Shown here in pieces: positions 1-11,685 of a stretch of 64,000 nt of DNA. Source of the DNA: Marinicella sp. Its GTDB lineage: Bacteria > Pseudomonadota > Gammaproteobacteria > Xanthomonadales > Marinicellaceae. A program made the position numbers and the translations under genes. The notes beneath the pieces were generated by a model. That model searched no databases, was not told where the DNA came from, and saw only the letters and a list, made by a program, of their open reading frames with translations. The stretch lies in NCBI GenBank assembly GCA_965230295.1, contig OZ246001.1, positions 1,824,001 through 1,888,000 on the forward strand, written 5' to 3'. How positions within the stretch are numbered: the first letter of the stretch is position 1; each line of letters starts with the position of its first letter.

Positions 1-967
1 CAGAAAGCCTGATATCGGGTGTCTCGGCTTGATTTTCAAGCGCAGGGCCCTGAATATTTTCAATTGATGATGTTAATTGATCCGTTAACATCTGAATATT
101 GGGTTTAATCTCTTGCAAGATGTCTTGGGCGGACTCAACCAATTGTGCACCTTGTTTTATCAAATGATGACATCCTTTGGCCAAGGGGTTGTGAATGCTG
201 CCAGGAATGGCCATCACAGGCCGGTTGTTTTCCATACTTAATCTGGCTGTGATGAGGGTGCCGCTTTTTTGTGCCGCTTCAATCACCAGCGTACCCAATG
301 ACAAACCAGCAATGATTCGATTTCGTCTGGGGAAATTTTGTGCATTGGGAGGGGTGTTGAAAGGAAACTCAGAAACCACGGCGCCATTGTTGGCAATGGT
401 TTTTGCCAAGCTTTGGTTTTGTTTGGGATAGATCGCATTGATTCCTGTGCCCATAACAGCAATCGTTTGTCCCAGTGCATCCAAAGCACCTTGGTGTGCT
501 TGGGCATCTATCCCGGCAGCCAGTCCACTGGTTATCACCAAGCCCCTTTTCGCCAAATCAAAACAAAAGTCATGGGCATTCATCAGGCCGCTTTGGCTGG
601 CATTGCGACTGCCCACCACCGCCAGTTGAGGAAGCAACAAAGCATTGGTATTGCCTTTGACAAAAAGCAATATTGGCGGGTCGCCAATTTGTTTCAGTTG
701 TGGTGGATACAAAGGGTCATCCAATGTGAGTATTTCGTTGTTGTCTTTAGCCAACCAATCAAGTTCAGCTACAAGGTCATCATTGGTGGCGCGGGATAAA
801 TAATTTTTTGCTGATTCGGGGATGTTGCATTCTTTCGGAAACCGTTTCATGTTGACGATTTCACTGGCGTCCTTACAGTGCTTTAACAAACAAGTGATTT
901 TTACCAAACCAAGTCCTGGTGCATTGAGTAAATGCAACCAGGATGATTTGTTATTTAATGTAGACAT
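1..967 (-). CDS. dprA: DNA-processing protein DprA (Smf), 3' end runs off the window
   Basis: Manual minus-strand translation from ATG at 967 (MSTLNNKSSWLHLLNAPGLG...) contains the DprA motifs AVVGSR, SGLAAGID, FPRRNRIIAG, SGTLITA and PGSIHNPLAKGCHHLIKQGA. It lies in the usual lysM-dprA/def context. Confidence 0.93.
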   Translation of the reverse strand, partial: MSTLNNKSSWLHLLNAPGLGLVKITCLLKHCKDASEIVNMKRFPKECNIPESAKNYLSRATNDDLVAELDWLAKDNNEILTLDDPLYPPQLKQIGDPPILLFVKGNTNALLLPQLAVVGSRNASQSGLMNAHDFCFDLAKRGLVITSGLAAGIDAQAHQGALDALGQTIAVMGTGINAIYPKQNQSLAKTIANNGAVVSEFPFNTPPNAQNFPRRNRIIAGLSLGTLVIEAAQKSGTLITARLSMENNRPVMAIPGSIHNPLAKGCHHLIKQGAQLVESAQDILQEIKPNIQMLTDQLTSSIENIQGPALENQAETPDIRLS

Positions 968-977
968 TCCTTGTCTA
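961..977 (-). promoter_or_regulatory. CsrA/RsmA-like binding hairpin over the dprA start
   Basis: The minus strand reads TAGACA-AGGAA-TGTCTA, a 6-bp stem with GGA in the loop. It is close to the CsrA consensus RUACARGGAUGU and includes the ATG. Confidence 0.5.
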
Positions 978-1005
978 TAGTGTTGGTTGAGTTATGCAGG
1001 CTGCA

Positions 1006-2220
1006 TCATGGCAGCTTGACATAGTCATACATTTTTATGGGGCGGTTACCGTCAGTAATGATGGCATAACTGATGTTCTCAAATGTTTTGAAAACCATAA
1101 TGTGTCCTGCCAATTCCATGGGTAGAGTGACCATGGCTTTTGAAGGCTTGAATAAGGTTTTCAGGTCTTCTTTGGGGTGCATGACTTCATCTCTGATAAC
1201 CCTTTCAGGGCTGTGTACTGAAAACACATCACCGACTGCAACACCTTGTGCAGAACCGTTACTGATTGCAATCACTTGTCTTCTGCCACTGCCGAATAAA
1301 GCATTGTTCAATGCCACCACACGGATGTTGTCGTCATTGACCTCGGCAGCTTTGGGCAAGAAATAGGGATTGAAATTAAAATCATCGATTGGCAGGATCA
1401 AGTCGCCTTTTTTAACTTCATAATCCACATCTATGATTTCTAAGGTAGTGATGTCATCGGTACCCACACGAACCACTTCAGCCACACCGGTGTCGGCCAC
1501 TTCATAACCTAAAATTTTGACATTTTCCCAGTAAGTGCGGTCAATGTATTTTTTCCAAAACCGGGTCATGACTGCGGTGGTGGTGTAATCAGATGATTTA
1601 CTCCAGTTGATTGATTCAATCTCGTGAGTCTTGGATGTTTCCCAAGGATAGTCAGTCGGCACTTCCCGGTAAATGACTGTAGGTCTGACAATGGCCAAAC
1701 GATCACCTTGGCGGGCATTTTTTAAATTTCGCACATAGATCAAGTCACTGGTGGCAGAGACATTGCGGTCTTCTTCAGCGGCAACTACATAGGGGGCCAA
1801 ATCAATGTCCTCTTTGTTCAGGATTCGTAACTTACGCAAAAAGGGTTCGATGTCTTTTAAAGGAATGGTTTCAATGGCTGAATCATGGCTGATGTCGCGA
1901 ACTTTAGGACCCATTTTGACGGTCGGGTGACTGCGGTTGACAGTGATGGCAGGCCTGCCATCCAAGTAAACCAAATTCAGTTGATCACCAGGGTAAATCA
2001 AATGGGGATTGTCAATTTGTGGATTGGCGTGCCATATTTCGGGCCAAAGCCATGGTGATTTTAAAAACACCGCTGAGATGTCCCACAATGTGTCCCCTTT
2101 TTGCACCACATAGGTATCTGGATGAGCAGGATTAAGCTCCACTTCTTGAGCTTGAATTGAGAAAACAAATCCTATAAGTAACGCTATAATTAAATGTTGT
2201 TTTTTAAACATCATCGGCAA
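1006..2220 (-). CDS. LysM peptidoglycan-binding protein, TsaP-like (type IV pilus secretin-associated)
   Basis: Signal peptide, LysM motif YVVQKGDTLWDIS...WPEIW..NPQIDNPHLIYPG, and conserved position upstream of dprA. The start may be 2214 or 2211. Confidence 0.85.
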   Translation of the reverse strand: MPMMFKKQHLIIALLIGFVFSIQAQEVELNPAHPDTYVVQKGDTLWDISAVFLKSPWLWPEIWHANPQIDNPHLIYPGDQLNLVYLDGRPAITVNRSHPTVKMGPKVRDISHDSAIETIPLKDIEPFLRKLRILNKEDIDLAPYVVAAEEDRNVSATSDLIYVRNLKNARQGDRLAIVRPTVIYREVPTDYPWETSKTHEIESINWSKSSDYTTTAVMTRFWKKYIDRTYWENVKILGYEVADTGVAEVVRVGTDDITTLEIIDVDYEVKKGDLILPIDDFNFNPYFLPKAAEVNDDNIRVVALNNALFGSGRRQVIAISNGSAQGVAVGDVFSVHSPERVIRDEVMHPKEDLKTLFKPSKAMVTLPMELAGHIMVFKTFENISYAIITDGNRPIKMYDYVKLP

Positions 2221-2481
2221 ACCCTTGATTTTCCTAAAACTTTAGTTTAGCCATTTTAAGAATAAAATTAAACAAAAAATGTGATTCAAACTGCAAATTG
2301 CAGTAAAAAAGCCGGTTTTTCATGTTTTTAAAACAATTCAAACGGACAAAATCTGTTGTGATTTTATCTATTTGAGATGATTTCAGGTGAAAAACACAGG
2401 CAATTTATTTCCATCTGCCACAGAAAACTATAAGATGTGCCACTTGAAAATACATTTGTACCCTAAAGAAACTGAAAAAGA

Positions 2482-2967
2482 ATGACTCAACTTAACATCT
2501 TGACCTTACCCGATTCAAGATTAAAAACCATTGCTCAACCAGTCACTGAAATCACTGAGGACATCAAACAATTGGCCAGTGACATGTTGGAAACCATGTA
2601 TGCTGCACCTGGTATTGGACTGGCTGCTACCCAAGTAGATCAGCACATTCAAATGGTTGTCATTGATGTGTCCGAAGATAAATCGGAGCCATTGATCATG
2701 ATCAACCCAGAAATCATCGAAAAAGCGGGTATCCAAACACATGAAGAAGGTTGTCTTTCAGTGCCAGGGATATACGCCAAAGTTAAAAGGGCCGATCAAG
2801 TGATGGTTAAATACCAGAATTTAGATGGCCACTGGCAAGAACTCACTGCTGAAGGCTTGCTGGCGGTGTGTATTCAACATGAGCTTGATCACCTCAAGGG
2901 CATTGTGTTTTTAGATCATTTGTCCCTGTTAAAAAGAAAGATCGCACTGAAAAAACTATCAAAATAA
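2482..2967 (+). CDS. def: peptide deformylase
   Basis: Motifs [13 protein letters not shown] and QHELDHL. Confidence 0.97.
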   Translation: MTQLNILTLPDSRLKTIAQPVTEITEDIKQLASDMLETMYAAPGIGLAATQVDQHIQMVVIDVSEDKSEPLIMINPEIIEKAGIQTHEEGCLSVPGIYAKVKRADQVMVKYQNLDGHWQELTAEGLLAVCIQHELDHLKGIVFLDHLSLLKRKIALKKLSK

Positions 2968-2986
2968 TCAAACGTATAAAAATTTA

Positions 2987-3727
2987 ATGAAAGCAATTCA
3001 TCAACTCCTAATCCTCATGCTGTTTTTTGGTGCAGCCAAGGCAGCAGAAAAACCCAAGCATCAAATGGAACGGTTTACCCGTGATGTTGAAATTAAAAAA
3101 CCGACAAAAATTAAAATTGTCAACCACTATGGTGACATCAGGATCAGAAAAGCAGATGATGATTTGTTCATTTATCATGGTGTTGCACAATCACAACCTT
3201 CTCAAAAGGTCACATTAGATTTTCAACAGCAAGATGGTGAAATTACGGCCATTGTGAATTACAGCGACCCAGAAAAAACCAATCACACAGATCGTTTTGA
3301 TTTGGCTTTGATTGTTCCAGAATTGGCTTCGTTAGACATAGAAATCGAAGGTGGTGAATTAACCACCAAAGGACTGAATAGTGCGGTAAAAGTACGCAGT
3401 ACAAACTCTGATATTCAAGTTAAAACCCCTAAAGCTGTAGATTTGTTCAGTAAAAATGGTGCCATTGAATGGACCGTTAATTCATTGAAAGACAAATCCG
3501 AAAGCAACATCCAGACTTACAAAGGCGCTGTGACTATTTTTTATCTAGAAAACATGCCTGGGTTTGAAATCATCACAGGTAACCATGTTGCCAGCAATTC
3601 ATCGAAATTGTTGATGAGTCAAAAGAAAATAGACCGGCTTAAGCAATATGGTGATAAAGACAGTGCGCACCAAATTAAGATAAAAACTGATTTAGGGCCA
3701 ATCACACTCATTGATTTGGCTTTTTAA
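2987..3727 (+). CDS. exported protein, DUF4097/adhesin-like beta-strand repeat
   Basis: Signal peptide (AKAAE) and repeated short beta motifs (NHYGDIRI, STNSDIQV, SKNGAIEW, TYKGAVTI, TDLGPITL). Confidence 0.6.
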   Translation: MKAIHQLLILMLFFGAAKAAEKPKHQMERFTRDVEIKKPTKIKIVNHYGDIRIRKADDDLFIYHGVAQSQPSQKVTLDFQQQDGEITAIVNYSDPEKTNHTDRFDLALIVPELASLDIEIEGGELTTKGLNSAVKVRSTNSDIQVKTPKAVDLFSKNGAIEWTVNSLKDKSESNIQTYKGAVTIFYLENMPGFEIITGNHVASNSSKLLMSQKKIDRLKQYGDKDSAHQIKIKTDLGPITLIDLAF

Positions 3728-3754
3728 TACTTATATAAAAAGAGGAGAGATATT

Positions 3755-6751
3755 TTGAAACACAAGAGTAAACTAAGATCCAGCTTGTTGGTTTTGACTT
3801 GCTTGTTGGTATGTCAGGCTGCCATGGCCACAACCACACGAGTGGGTGCAGAGTTTGTTGGTGAAACGGTTACCCCGGTGACTGTTACGGTTAATTTAGC
3901 CAACGGCACCAAGCCGAACCAATGGAAACCAGGTGACCCGGTCAAAGAGATCCCGATGCGCTTTCGTCGCCCCAAAGGCTGGGAGCGTCCTGAGGCCTTG
4001 CCACGTGGCTATGGTATAGATCCCCTGGCCTTGAAACAGTGGGATGCCACACCCAGCAATGGTTTTGGTGGTGGTGCGCAGTTTGACACCCCGCTGGTCA
4101 ATGTTGATGGCTTGGACTTCACAGGAGTCAATCCATCTGACACCAATGGTGATGTGGGTATTGACCACTACGTCCAATCAATCAACAACAGTGCCAGTTC
4201 AGGGATCTTGATTTTGAACAAAGCCGATGGCACCACTGCAGCGCAGTTTGTCCTTGATGACATTGCGGCAGGTTCAGGTACCGGTTGTGGGGGCGGCAGA
4301 GGCGACCCTGTGATCATGTATGACCAATACGTGGACAACGGTCCAGGTAACCCGAAAGGCCGTTGGGTGTTGACGGAGTTTACCAGCACTTCATTGTGTA
4401 TTTACATATCGGTCACCGAAAGCCCGATTGGCCCCACCAATGACAGCACCTGGCACATTTATGAGTTCAATTCAGCCTCAGGTGGCTTGCCTGATTATCC
4501 CAAGTTTGGTGTTTGGCGTGATGCTTATTACATGGGTGCCAATGAGAGCAACCGTCAGTATGCCTTTGACCGTGACAACATGATCAATGGTGATCCTGCA
4601 CGTGGATACCAAGTGTTCAGCACGGTTGGTTTGCCCGGTTTTGGGTTCCAACACTTGATGCCGGCTGATGCCGATGGAGAGACATTACCGCCGGCTGGTG
4701 CGCCGGGTATTTTCATGCGACACCGCGATGCACAGTACCACGGTGATCCAGGCAGTGATGTGTTGGAGATTTGGGAGTTTACCACCGATTTTGACAACCC
4801 TGGCAACAGTGCGATCACCGGTCCGATCAACATCGATGTTTCAGATTTTGATACCAATTTGGGTGGCACCAACTTTGGTGATTTATCGGTACCACAGCCC
4901 GATGGTGCGACCAACCTGTTTCCCTTGAAGCAGCCATTGATGTGGCGTGTTCAGCACAGGACATTGGATGACAAGCAATATTTGATTGGAAACATGACCA
5001 CGGATGTGAATGGTAATGATTACCATGGTGTACGTTGGTGGATTTTAGAGCGTCCGGCGGCGAGTACGGCCGGCGGTTGGATCTTGTCTGATGAGGGCAC
5101 TTACACATCAGGTGATGGCATCACCACGGGAGATGGTGTACACCGTTGGATGGCGTCAGCGGCGATGGATGGTTCAGGCAACGTGGCCATTGGTTACAAC
5201 ACTTCATCGGTGGCAGGTAACAACAACTCGGCAGCTGATGTTTATGCGGGTATGCGTTATGCGGGTCGATTGGCCTCGGATCCTGCTGGGACGATGCCAC
5301 GTGGTGAGAACTCGATCATTGAGGGTACGGCATCGAACTCCTCGGGTCGTTATGGTGATTACACCTCATTGAGTGTTGATCCTGTTGATGAGTGTACCTT
5401 CTGGTATACGGCCCAGTACAACACGTCGGGAAATTGGTCGACCCGAGTGGCTTCATTCAGGTTTGAGCAATGTGGTTGTTTGTTGGATATTGGCGGCGTT
5501 GATTTAATCAGCGCGGTGGCCAACACAGATAACAACATTCAGCTGACTTGGGATGATGAGCCTGTGATCGTTGATCCTGACTTGATTTATGCCAATGGTT
5601 TTGATGGAGAAACCAATGCAGCCATTGTTGAATTCAGAATCTACCGCTCAACAACACCAGGTGGAGGGTATGAGTTGATAGATGTGTTGCCAGGTCAAGT
5701 GGGTGCAGGCCCATACACCTATGATGATGATACCGTATCAGCCGGCACCACGTACTATTATATTGTCAGAACATCAGACGGTGGTGCTTGTTTCAGTTCG
5801 GACTCAACTGAGCAATCAGCCACAGCAACGGGTGTGTGTACATTAGAGCCTGTGTTTGCTGGAATTGAAAATGCTGATAACGACGCCACATCAACTTGTG
5901 GCATCACCACCGGGTGGAGTGCAGCAAGTAGCCAATGTCCAAATGGCTTGGGTGACATCAATTACTCAGTATACCGTTCTACCGATCCTGCATTCGTACC
6001 TTCCGGTGCCAATCAAATCGCTACAGGCATCGATGCCTTGACATACAACGACATGGCGCCAGATCTGGTGTCTGATACGGACTTTTTCTATATTGTCAGG
6101 GCCACTGATTTGGACAATGGACTTGAAGAGACCAATACCGTGTTGGCATCTGCCTTCCCAACGGGCGAAATCACACCAGAAGTGTTCAATGAGAACCTTG
6201 ACGCTTATGTTGATTTCACCGATGCCGAAGCATCTGGTTGGTCAACATTTGCTGACGCCGGTGCCACCGATTGGCGAATCGAGTCAGGCGATGACAACAC
6301 CACCGGTACTTCAGTTGCCTTTGTGTCTTCAGACCTGGCGGCTGTGGCTGATAAGTCTTTGATGACCAAACAATTCTCGCCATCAGCCACTTCGGTCTTA
6401 AGTTTCTTCCACAAGTATGATTTTGAACCCACATATGACGGTGGTGTCCTTGAAATCCTGGTTGATGGATCCGGAACCTGGGTTGATCTGGAGTCAAACT
6501 TCATAACCGGTTCATATGACGCCACTTTGAATGGCGGTTTTGGACAACCATTGGGTGCCAGACCGGCTTGGAATGGCTTACAAGCAACCTTTACCCAGAT
6601 AGAAGTTGATCTGTCAGCTTACGCTGGCCAAGTGGTGAACGTCAGATGGCGTATGGGTACAGATGTAAGTGTGGCAGCTGGTGACTGGAAAATTGATGAC
6701 ATTGTCATTACAGATTCAGGAACCTTTGGAGTTTGTACTCCGGCACCCTAA
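3755..6751 (+). CDS. large secreted multidomain protein (uncharacterised N-terminal domain, two FnIII-like domains, C-terminal jelly-roll/MAM-like domain)
   Basis: RBS AGGAG before the TTG start. Signal peptide (AAMA), PSDTNGDVG..HYVQ motif, FnIII-like LTW...IYRS...YYYIVR segments, and a C-terminal YDGGVLEI...WRMGTD...WKIDD segment. Confidence 0.75.
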   Translation: MKHKSKLRSSLLVLTCLLVCQAAMATTTRVGAEFVGETVTPVTVTVNLANGTKPNQWKPGDPVKEIPMRFRRPKGWERPEALPRGYGIDPLALKQWDATPSNGFGGGAQFDTPLVNVDGLDFTGVNPSDTNGDVGIDHYVQSINNSASSGILILNKADGTTAAQFVLDDIAAGSGTGCGGGRGDPVIMYDQYVDNGPGNPKGRWVLTEFTSTSLCIYISVTESPIGPTNDSTWHIYEFNSASGGLPDYPKFGVWRDAYYMGANESNRQYAFDRDNMINGDPARGYQVFSTVGLPGFGFQHLMPADADGETLPPAGAPGIFMRHRDAQYHGDPGSDVLEIWEFTTDFDNPGNSAITGPINIDVSDFDTNLGGTNFGDLSVPQPDGATNLFPLKQPLMWRVQHRTLDDKQYLIGNMTTDVNGNDYHGVRWWILERPAASTAGGWILSDEGTYTSGDGITTGDGVHRWMASAAMDGSGNVAIGYNTSSVAGNNNSAADVYAGMRYAGRLASDPAGTMPRGENSIIEGTASNSSGRYGDYTSLSVDPVDECTFWYTAQYNTSGNWSTRVASFRFEQCGCLLDIGGVDLISAVANTDNNIQLTWDDEPVIVDPDLIYANGFDGETNAAIVEFRIYRSTTPGGGYELIDVLPGQVGAGPYTYDDDTVSAGTTYYYIVRTSDGGACFSSDSTEQSATATGVCTLEPVFAGIENADNDATSTCGITTGWSAASSQCPNGLGDINYSVYRSTDPAFVPSGANQIATGIDALTYNDMAPDLVSDTDFFYIVRATDLDNGLEETNTVLASAFPTGEITPEVFNENLDAYVDFTDAEASGWSTFADAGATDWRIESGDDNTTGTSVAFVSSDLAAVADKSLMTKQFSPSATSVLSFFHKYDFEPTYDGGVLEILVDGSGTWVDLESNFITGSYDATLNGGFGQPLGARPAWNGLQATFTQIEVDLSAYAGQVVNVRWRMGTDVSVAAGDWKIDDIVITDSGTFGVCTPAP

Positions 6752-6771
6752 TTCCTCAAGTTGAAGGAAAT

Positions 6772-6803
6772 AAAAAAGGCCTTCGTAATGAAGGCCTTTT
6801 TTT
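6772..6803. terminator. bidirectional intrinsic terminator
   Basis: AAAAAAGGCCTTC-GTAAT-GAAGGCCTTTTTTT between convergent genes. Confidence 0.9.
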
Positions 6804-6821
6804 TGGCATTAAAAACCAGGC

Positions 6822-8283
<1,462 letters not shown>

Positions 8284-8287
<4 letters not shown>

Positions 8288-9153
8288 TTGGGGCTTTTCT
8301 CTCTGAAATATTTAAAGAACTCAGAGTTTGGATCCAGCACCATCACATTGCCAGAGTTTTGTGCAAAGCTGTTGGCATAGGCCTCAAGACTGCGGACAAA
8401 AGCGAAAAATTCAGGGTTCTTTTGGTGACTGTCTGCGAATAATTTGGTGGCCTCAGCGTCACCTTCACCGCGAATCACAGCGGCTTTTTGTTCGGCATCA
8501 GCCAACATGATTTGGATTCTTTTATCGGTGTTCGCGCGGATGTTGATGGACTCCTTGCGACCGGTTGAGCGGTGTTCCGCCGCTTCAACCAAACGTTCAG
8601 AACGCATGCGGTTATAGACCGATTCATTGACTGATTGATCCAAGTTGATTTGTTTGATTCTGACGTCAACAATTTCGATGCCATAGTCTTCAGCACGTGA
8701 CTTGGTTTGTGAACGCAAGTTTTCCATCAACTCAATCCGTTGTGTCGAAATGGCTTGATCCAGTGTGCGCACAGAAAACTCTTCTTGCAGGGCGTTTTTG
8801 ACCACGCCAGATAAGTTGGCATTGGCTTTGGCAATTAAGCCAGCATTTGAAGTGAAGAAAACTTTGACGTCTTTGATGCGCCACTTAACAAAGTAGTCCA
8901 CCATCAAGTATTCATTGTCGGTATTGAATACACGCTCTGGGGCGTTATCCAGAGTTTGGATGCGGCTGTCAAATTTAACGATGTTGTTAACAATCGGAAA
9001 TTTAACATGTAGTCCGGGCTCGTAACCGGCTTGTACCACTTCACCAAAGCGCAATTTAACGGCGGTTTCTTTTTCGTCAATGGTGAACAGAAAGAAACTG
9101 GCCAAAACAGCCAACACCAGTAATCCAATAAGCAATGCGATGAGTTTATTCAT
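8284..9153 (-). CDS. hflC: FtsH protease modulator HflC
   Basis: N-terminal TM helix, SPFH domain, RMRSER motif and C-terminal NPEFFAFVRSLEAY. Confidence 0.95.
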
Positions 9154-9155
9154 GA

Positions 9156-10322
9156 TTATTTCCCCCTCCCACGACGAGTGGTTCTGGTAGTTTGATTGCT
9201 GTTTGACTGCAATTGATTCATGTTGGGTGTGACCACTGTGGTGCCCAAATCCAAGGGTGTGTTGTCAGTTATTTTGGGTTGGTTCTTCATCAACTGATCC
9301 AAAGGCAAATACATCATGCTGTTACCCGAGTCTTGGTCCATGATCACTTTCGAAGTGTCCCCCAGAACACTCTCCATGGTTTCTAAAAACAAACGTTGTC
9401 TGGTCACTTCAGGTGCCAATTCATATTGTTCTCGCAACAAGTTAAAACGATCGGCTTTACCGGCCGCTTCAGCAATGATGGCTTCTTTATAGGCTTCGGC
9501 TTCCTGAATGATTTTTAACACCTTACCTTCGGCTTCTGGGATGCGGCCATTGGCATATTCGTTGGCTTGGTTGATGAAGGTTTTTTGATCTTCACGGGCT
9601 TTGACCACATCATCGAAGGCTTCCTTCACATTGATGGGTGGATGCACTTCAGTGATGTTGACTTGTGTCAGTTGAATGCCCGTTTTGTAGTCGTTCAACA
9701 TGGTTTGAATTTCTTCACGAGCCTGTTGGTTAACAGCGGTTCTGTTTTCATTGATGATAAAGTCCAGTGTACGGGTACCTGCCACTTGGCGCATCACACT
9801 TTCAGCCACTTGCCTGACTGTGTTTTGTGGGCTGGAAACACTGAACAAGTAATCATTGACCCGCTCTTCATCAATGCGGTATTGAATGGAATAGTCGATT
9901 TCAATCAAGTTCTTATCTTCGGTCAACATTTGACCTGAATTGTCTTCTTGTCGAATGGTCTCAACATTGACCCGGTAAACTTCTGCTAATGGTCTGGGCA
10001 AGGTGAAGCGCAAACCAGGCTGCATGGTGTGTGAATATTCACCGAAGACCAAAACCACGCCACGTTCAGCTTGCTCGATTTGGTAGGCTGCACTGTAGAT
10101 ACCAAGACCCAGTAAGCCAAAGAGTAGGATCAATACCGGCCCTTGGGCATTTTTGTTATTACCGCCACCAGAAGACTGGCCCAAGCCCAATGCCCGTTTG
10201 ATTGAGTTGAATAAATCACTGAGGATTTGATCGAACTCTGGTGGTTTGTTGTTACCACCAGGGCGGTTGTTGTTTGGCTTGTTTCCGCCGGAATTTTGGT
10301 TGCCAGGTTCATTCCAAGGCAT
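9156..10322 (-). CDS. hflK: FtsH protease modulator HflK
   Basis: MPWNEPG start, VKEAFDDV, APEVTRQRLFLETME and MMYLPLD. Confidence 0.96.
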   Translation of the reverse strand: MPWNEPGNQNSGGNKPNNNRPGGNNKPPEFDQILSDLFNSIKRALGLGQSSGGGNNKNAQGPVLILLFGLLGLGIYSAAYQIEQAERGVVLVFGEYSHTMQPGLRFTLPRPLAEVYRVNVETIRQEDNSGQMLTEDKNLIEIDYSIQYRIDEERVNDYLFSVSSPQNTVRQVAESVMRQVAGTRTLDFIINENRTAVNQQAREEIQTMLNDYKTGIQLTQVNITEVHPPINVKEAFDDVVKAREDQKTFINQANEYANGRIPEAEGKVLKIIQEAEAYKEAIIAEAAGKADRFNLLREQYELAPEVTRQRLFLETMESVLGDTSKVIMDQDSGNSMMYLPLDQLMKNQPKITDNTPLDLGTTVVTPNMNQLQSNSNQTTRTTRRGRGK

Positions 10323-10339
10323 ACATGTTCTCCTGTTAG

Positions 10340-11680
10340 TTACCAGTCTTGTGGGTTTTCATTAATGGCGACTTCATTGGCAGACAACAAGTCACACACA
10401 AAGGCAGCACTGGGGTCATTGCTTTTGGCCAGCTGTCGCCATTTTTCTATGGGTAATTCTACCCTAATTTGCCAGTCACCTGAATCACTGAACTGTTCAT
10501 CCCGAATGGCTTCCAGTTCATAAAATTGCGCCCGCAATTTAGCCAGGTGCATTGGCAACACGAATTCGAGTGATAAATGGGTACGATGAAGCCGTTCTTC
10601 AATGGCTTTCAACAATAAATCTATACCTTTGTTCTTGTGTGCAGAAATCCACACTTTATCCGGGCTGTCTGATTGGCTTTTCTGCAATTGTTCAGGGTGA
10701 CCTGATTGATCAATTTTATTGAAAATTTCAACCACTGGAACCGACTCGATATGCAACTCATCCAGTACTTTATAAACTTCAGCCATGTGGTCGCGGTGTT
10801 CCGGGTTACTGTCATCTATCACATGCAATAACAAGTCCGCATCAACCGCTTCTTGCAAAGTGGCGCGAAATGCTGCCACCAACTCATGCGGCAGGTCGCG
10901 CACAAACCCCACCGTGTCACTGATCACGGCTTTACAGCCAGGGATCACTGTCAGTTGTCTGACTGTGGGATCCAGGGTGGCAAACAACTGATCTTCTGCA
11001 TAAACACCGGCTTCTGTCAGCAGATTGAATAAGGTGGATTTTCCGGCGTTGGTGTAACCCACCAAAGCCAGCATTTTGGTGCCAGATTTCTTGCGTTGCT
11101 TGCGCCCCTGTTCACGCTGACGCATGACTTTGTCCAGTTTGGCATTCAGAGACTTCACTCGGGCATTTAACAAGCGTCGATCAGTTTCTAATTGGGTTTC
11201 ACCGGGCCCACGCATGCCGATACCACCTTTCTGTCGCTCCAAATGCGTCCAACCGCGTACCAATCGGGTCGACATGTGTTTTAATTGCGCCAGTTCTACT
11301 TGTAACTGGCCTTCATATGAGCGGGCCCGTTGAGCAAAGATGTCTAAGATCAGGGTTCTGCGATCCAATACCCGGGCTTTGACAAAGGCTTCCAGGTTCC
11401 GCTCTTGCACCGGGCTCAAGGACGCGTCCACAATCACCACATCGGCTTCGTGCACCTTGACGGCATGTTTGAGCTCTTCGGCTTTACCTGAGCCAATGTA
11501 AAACTTTGGATCGATGGATTGTTTGGAGCTGGTGATGACGTCAAAAATATCGGCACCTGCTGTGGTCACCAATTCCTTGAATTCTTCGATGCGGTCTGGT
11601 TGCTCACCACGACGGTCTCTTTGCATCGGGGTGGGGCATAACAAGATGGCGCGATCACCGCGTTCGGACCTCTCAAACAT
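10340..11680 (-). CDS. hflX: ribosome rescue GTPase HflX
   Basis: Start MFERSE (ATG at 11680). Motifs RGPGETQLETDRR, GYTNAGKS, LFATLDPT, DTVGF and NKID. Confidence 0.97.
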   Translation of the reverse strand: MFERSERGDRAILLCPTPMQRDRRGEQPDRIEEFKELVTTAGADIFDVITSSKQSIDPKFYIGSGKAEELKHAVKVHEADVVIVDASLSPVQERNLEAFVKARVLDRRTLILDIFAQRARSYEGQLQVELAQLKHMSTRLVRGWTHLERQKGGIGMRGPGETQLETDRRLLNARVKSLNAKLDKVMRQREQGRKQRKKSGTKMLALVGYTNAGKSTLFNLLTEAGVYAEDQLFATLDPTVRQLTVIPGCKAVISDTVGFVRDLPHELVAAFRATLQEAVDADLLLHVIDDSNPEHRDHMAEVYKVLDELHIESVPVVEIFNKIDQSGHPEQLQKSQSDSPDKVWISAHKNKGIDLLLKAIEERLHRTHLSLEFVLPMHLAKLRAQFYELEAIRDEQFSDSGDWQIRVELPIEKWRQLAKSNDPSAAFVCDLLSANEVAINENPQDW

Positions 11681-11685
11681 CAGAT

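Noticed and set aside
195-799. Plus-strand ORFs (78, 153, 63 and 61 aa)
   Set aside because: They are shadows of dprA on the minus strand.
2280-2295. CRP-S competence site upstream of lysM-dprA (TGTGA-N6-CTGCA)
   Set aside because: The second half-site is too degenerate, and the region is AT-rich.
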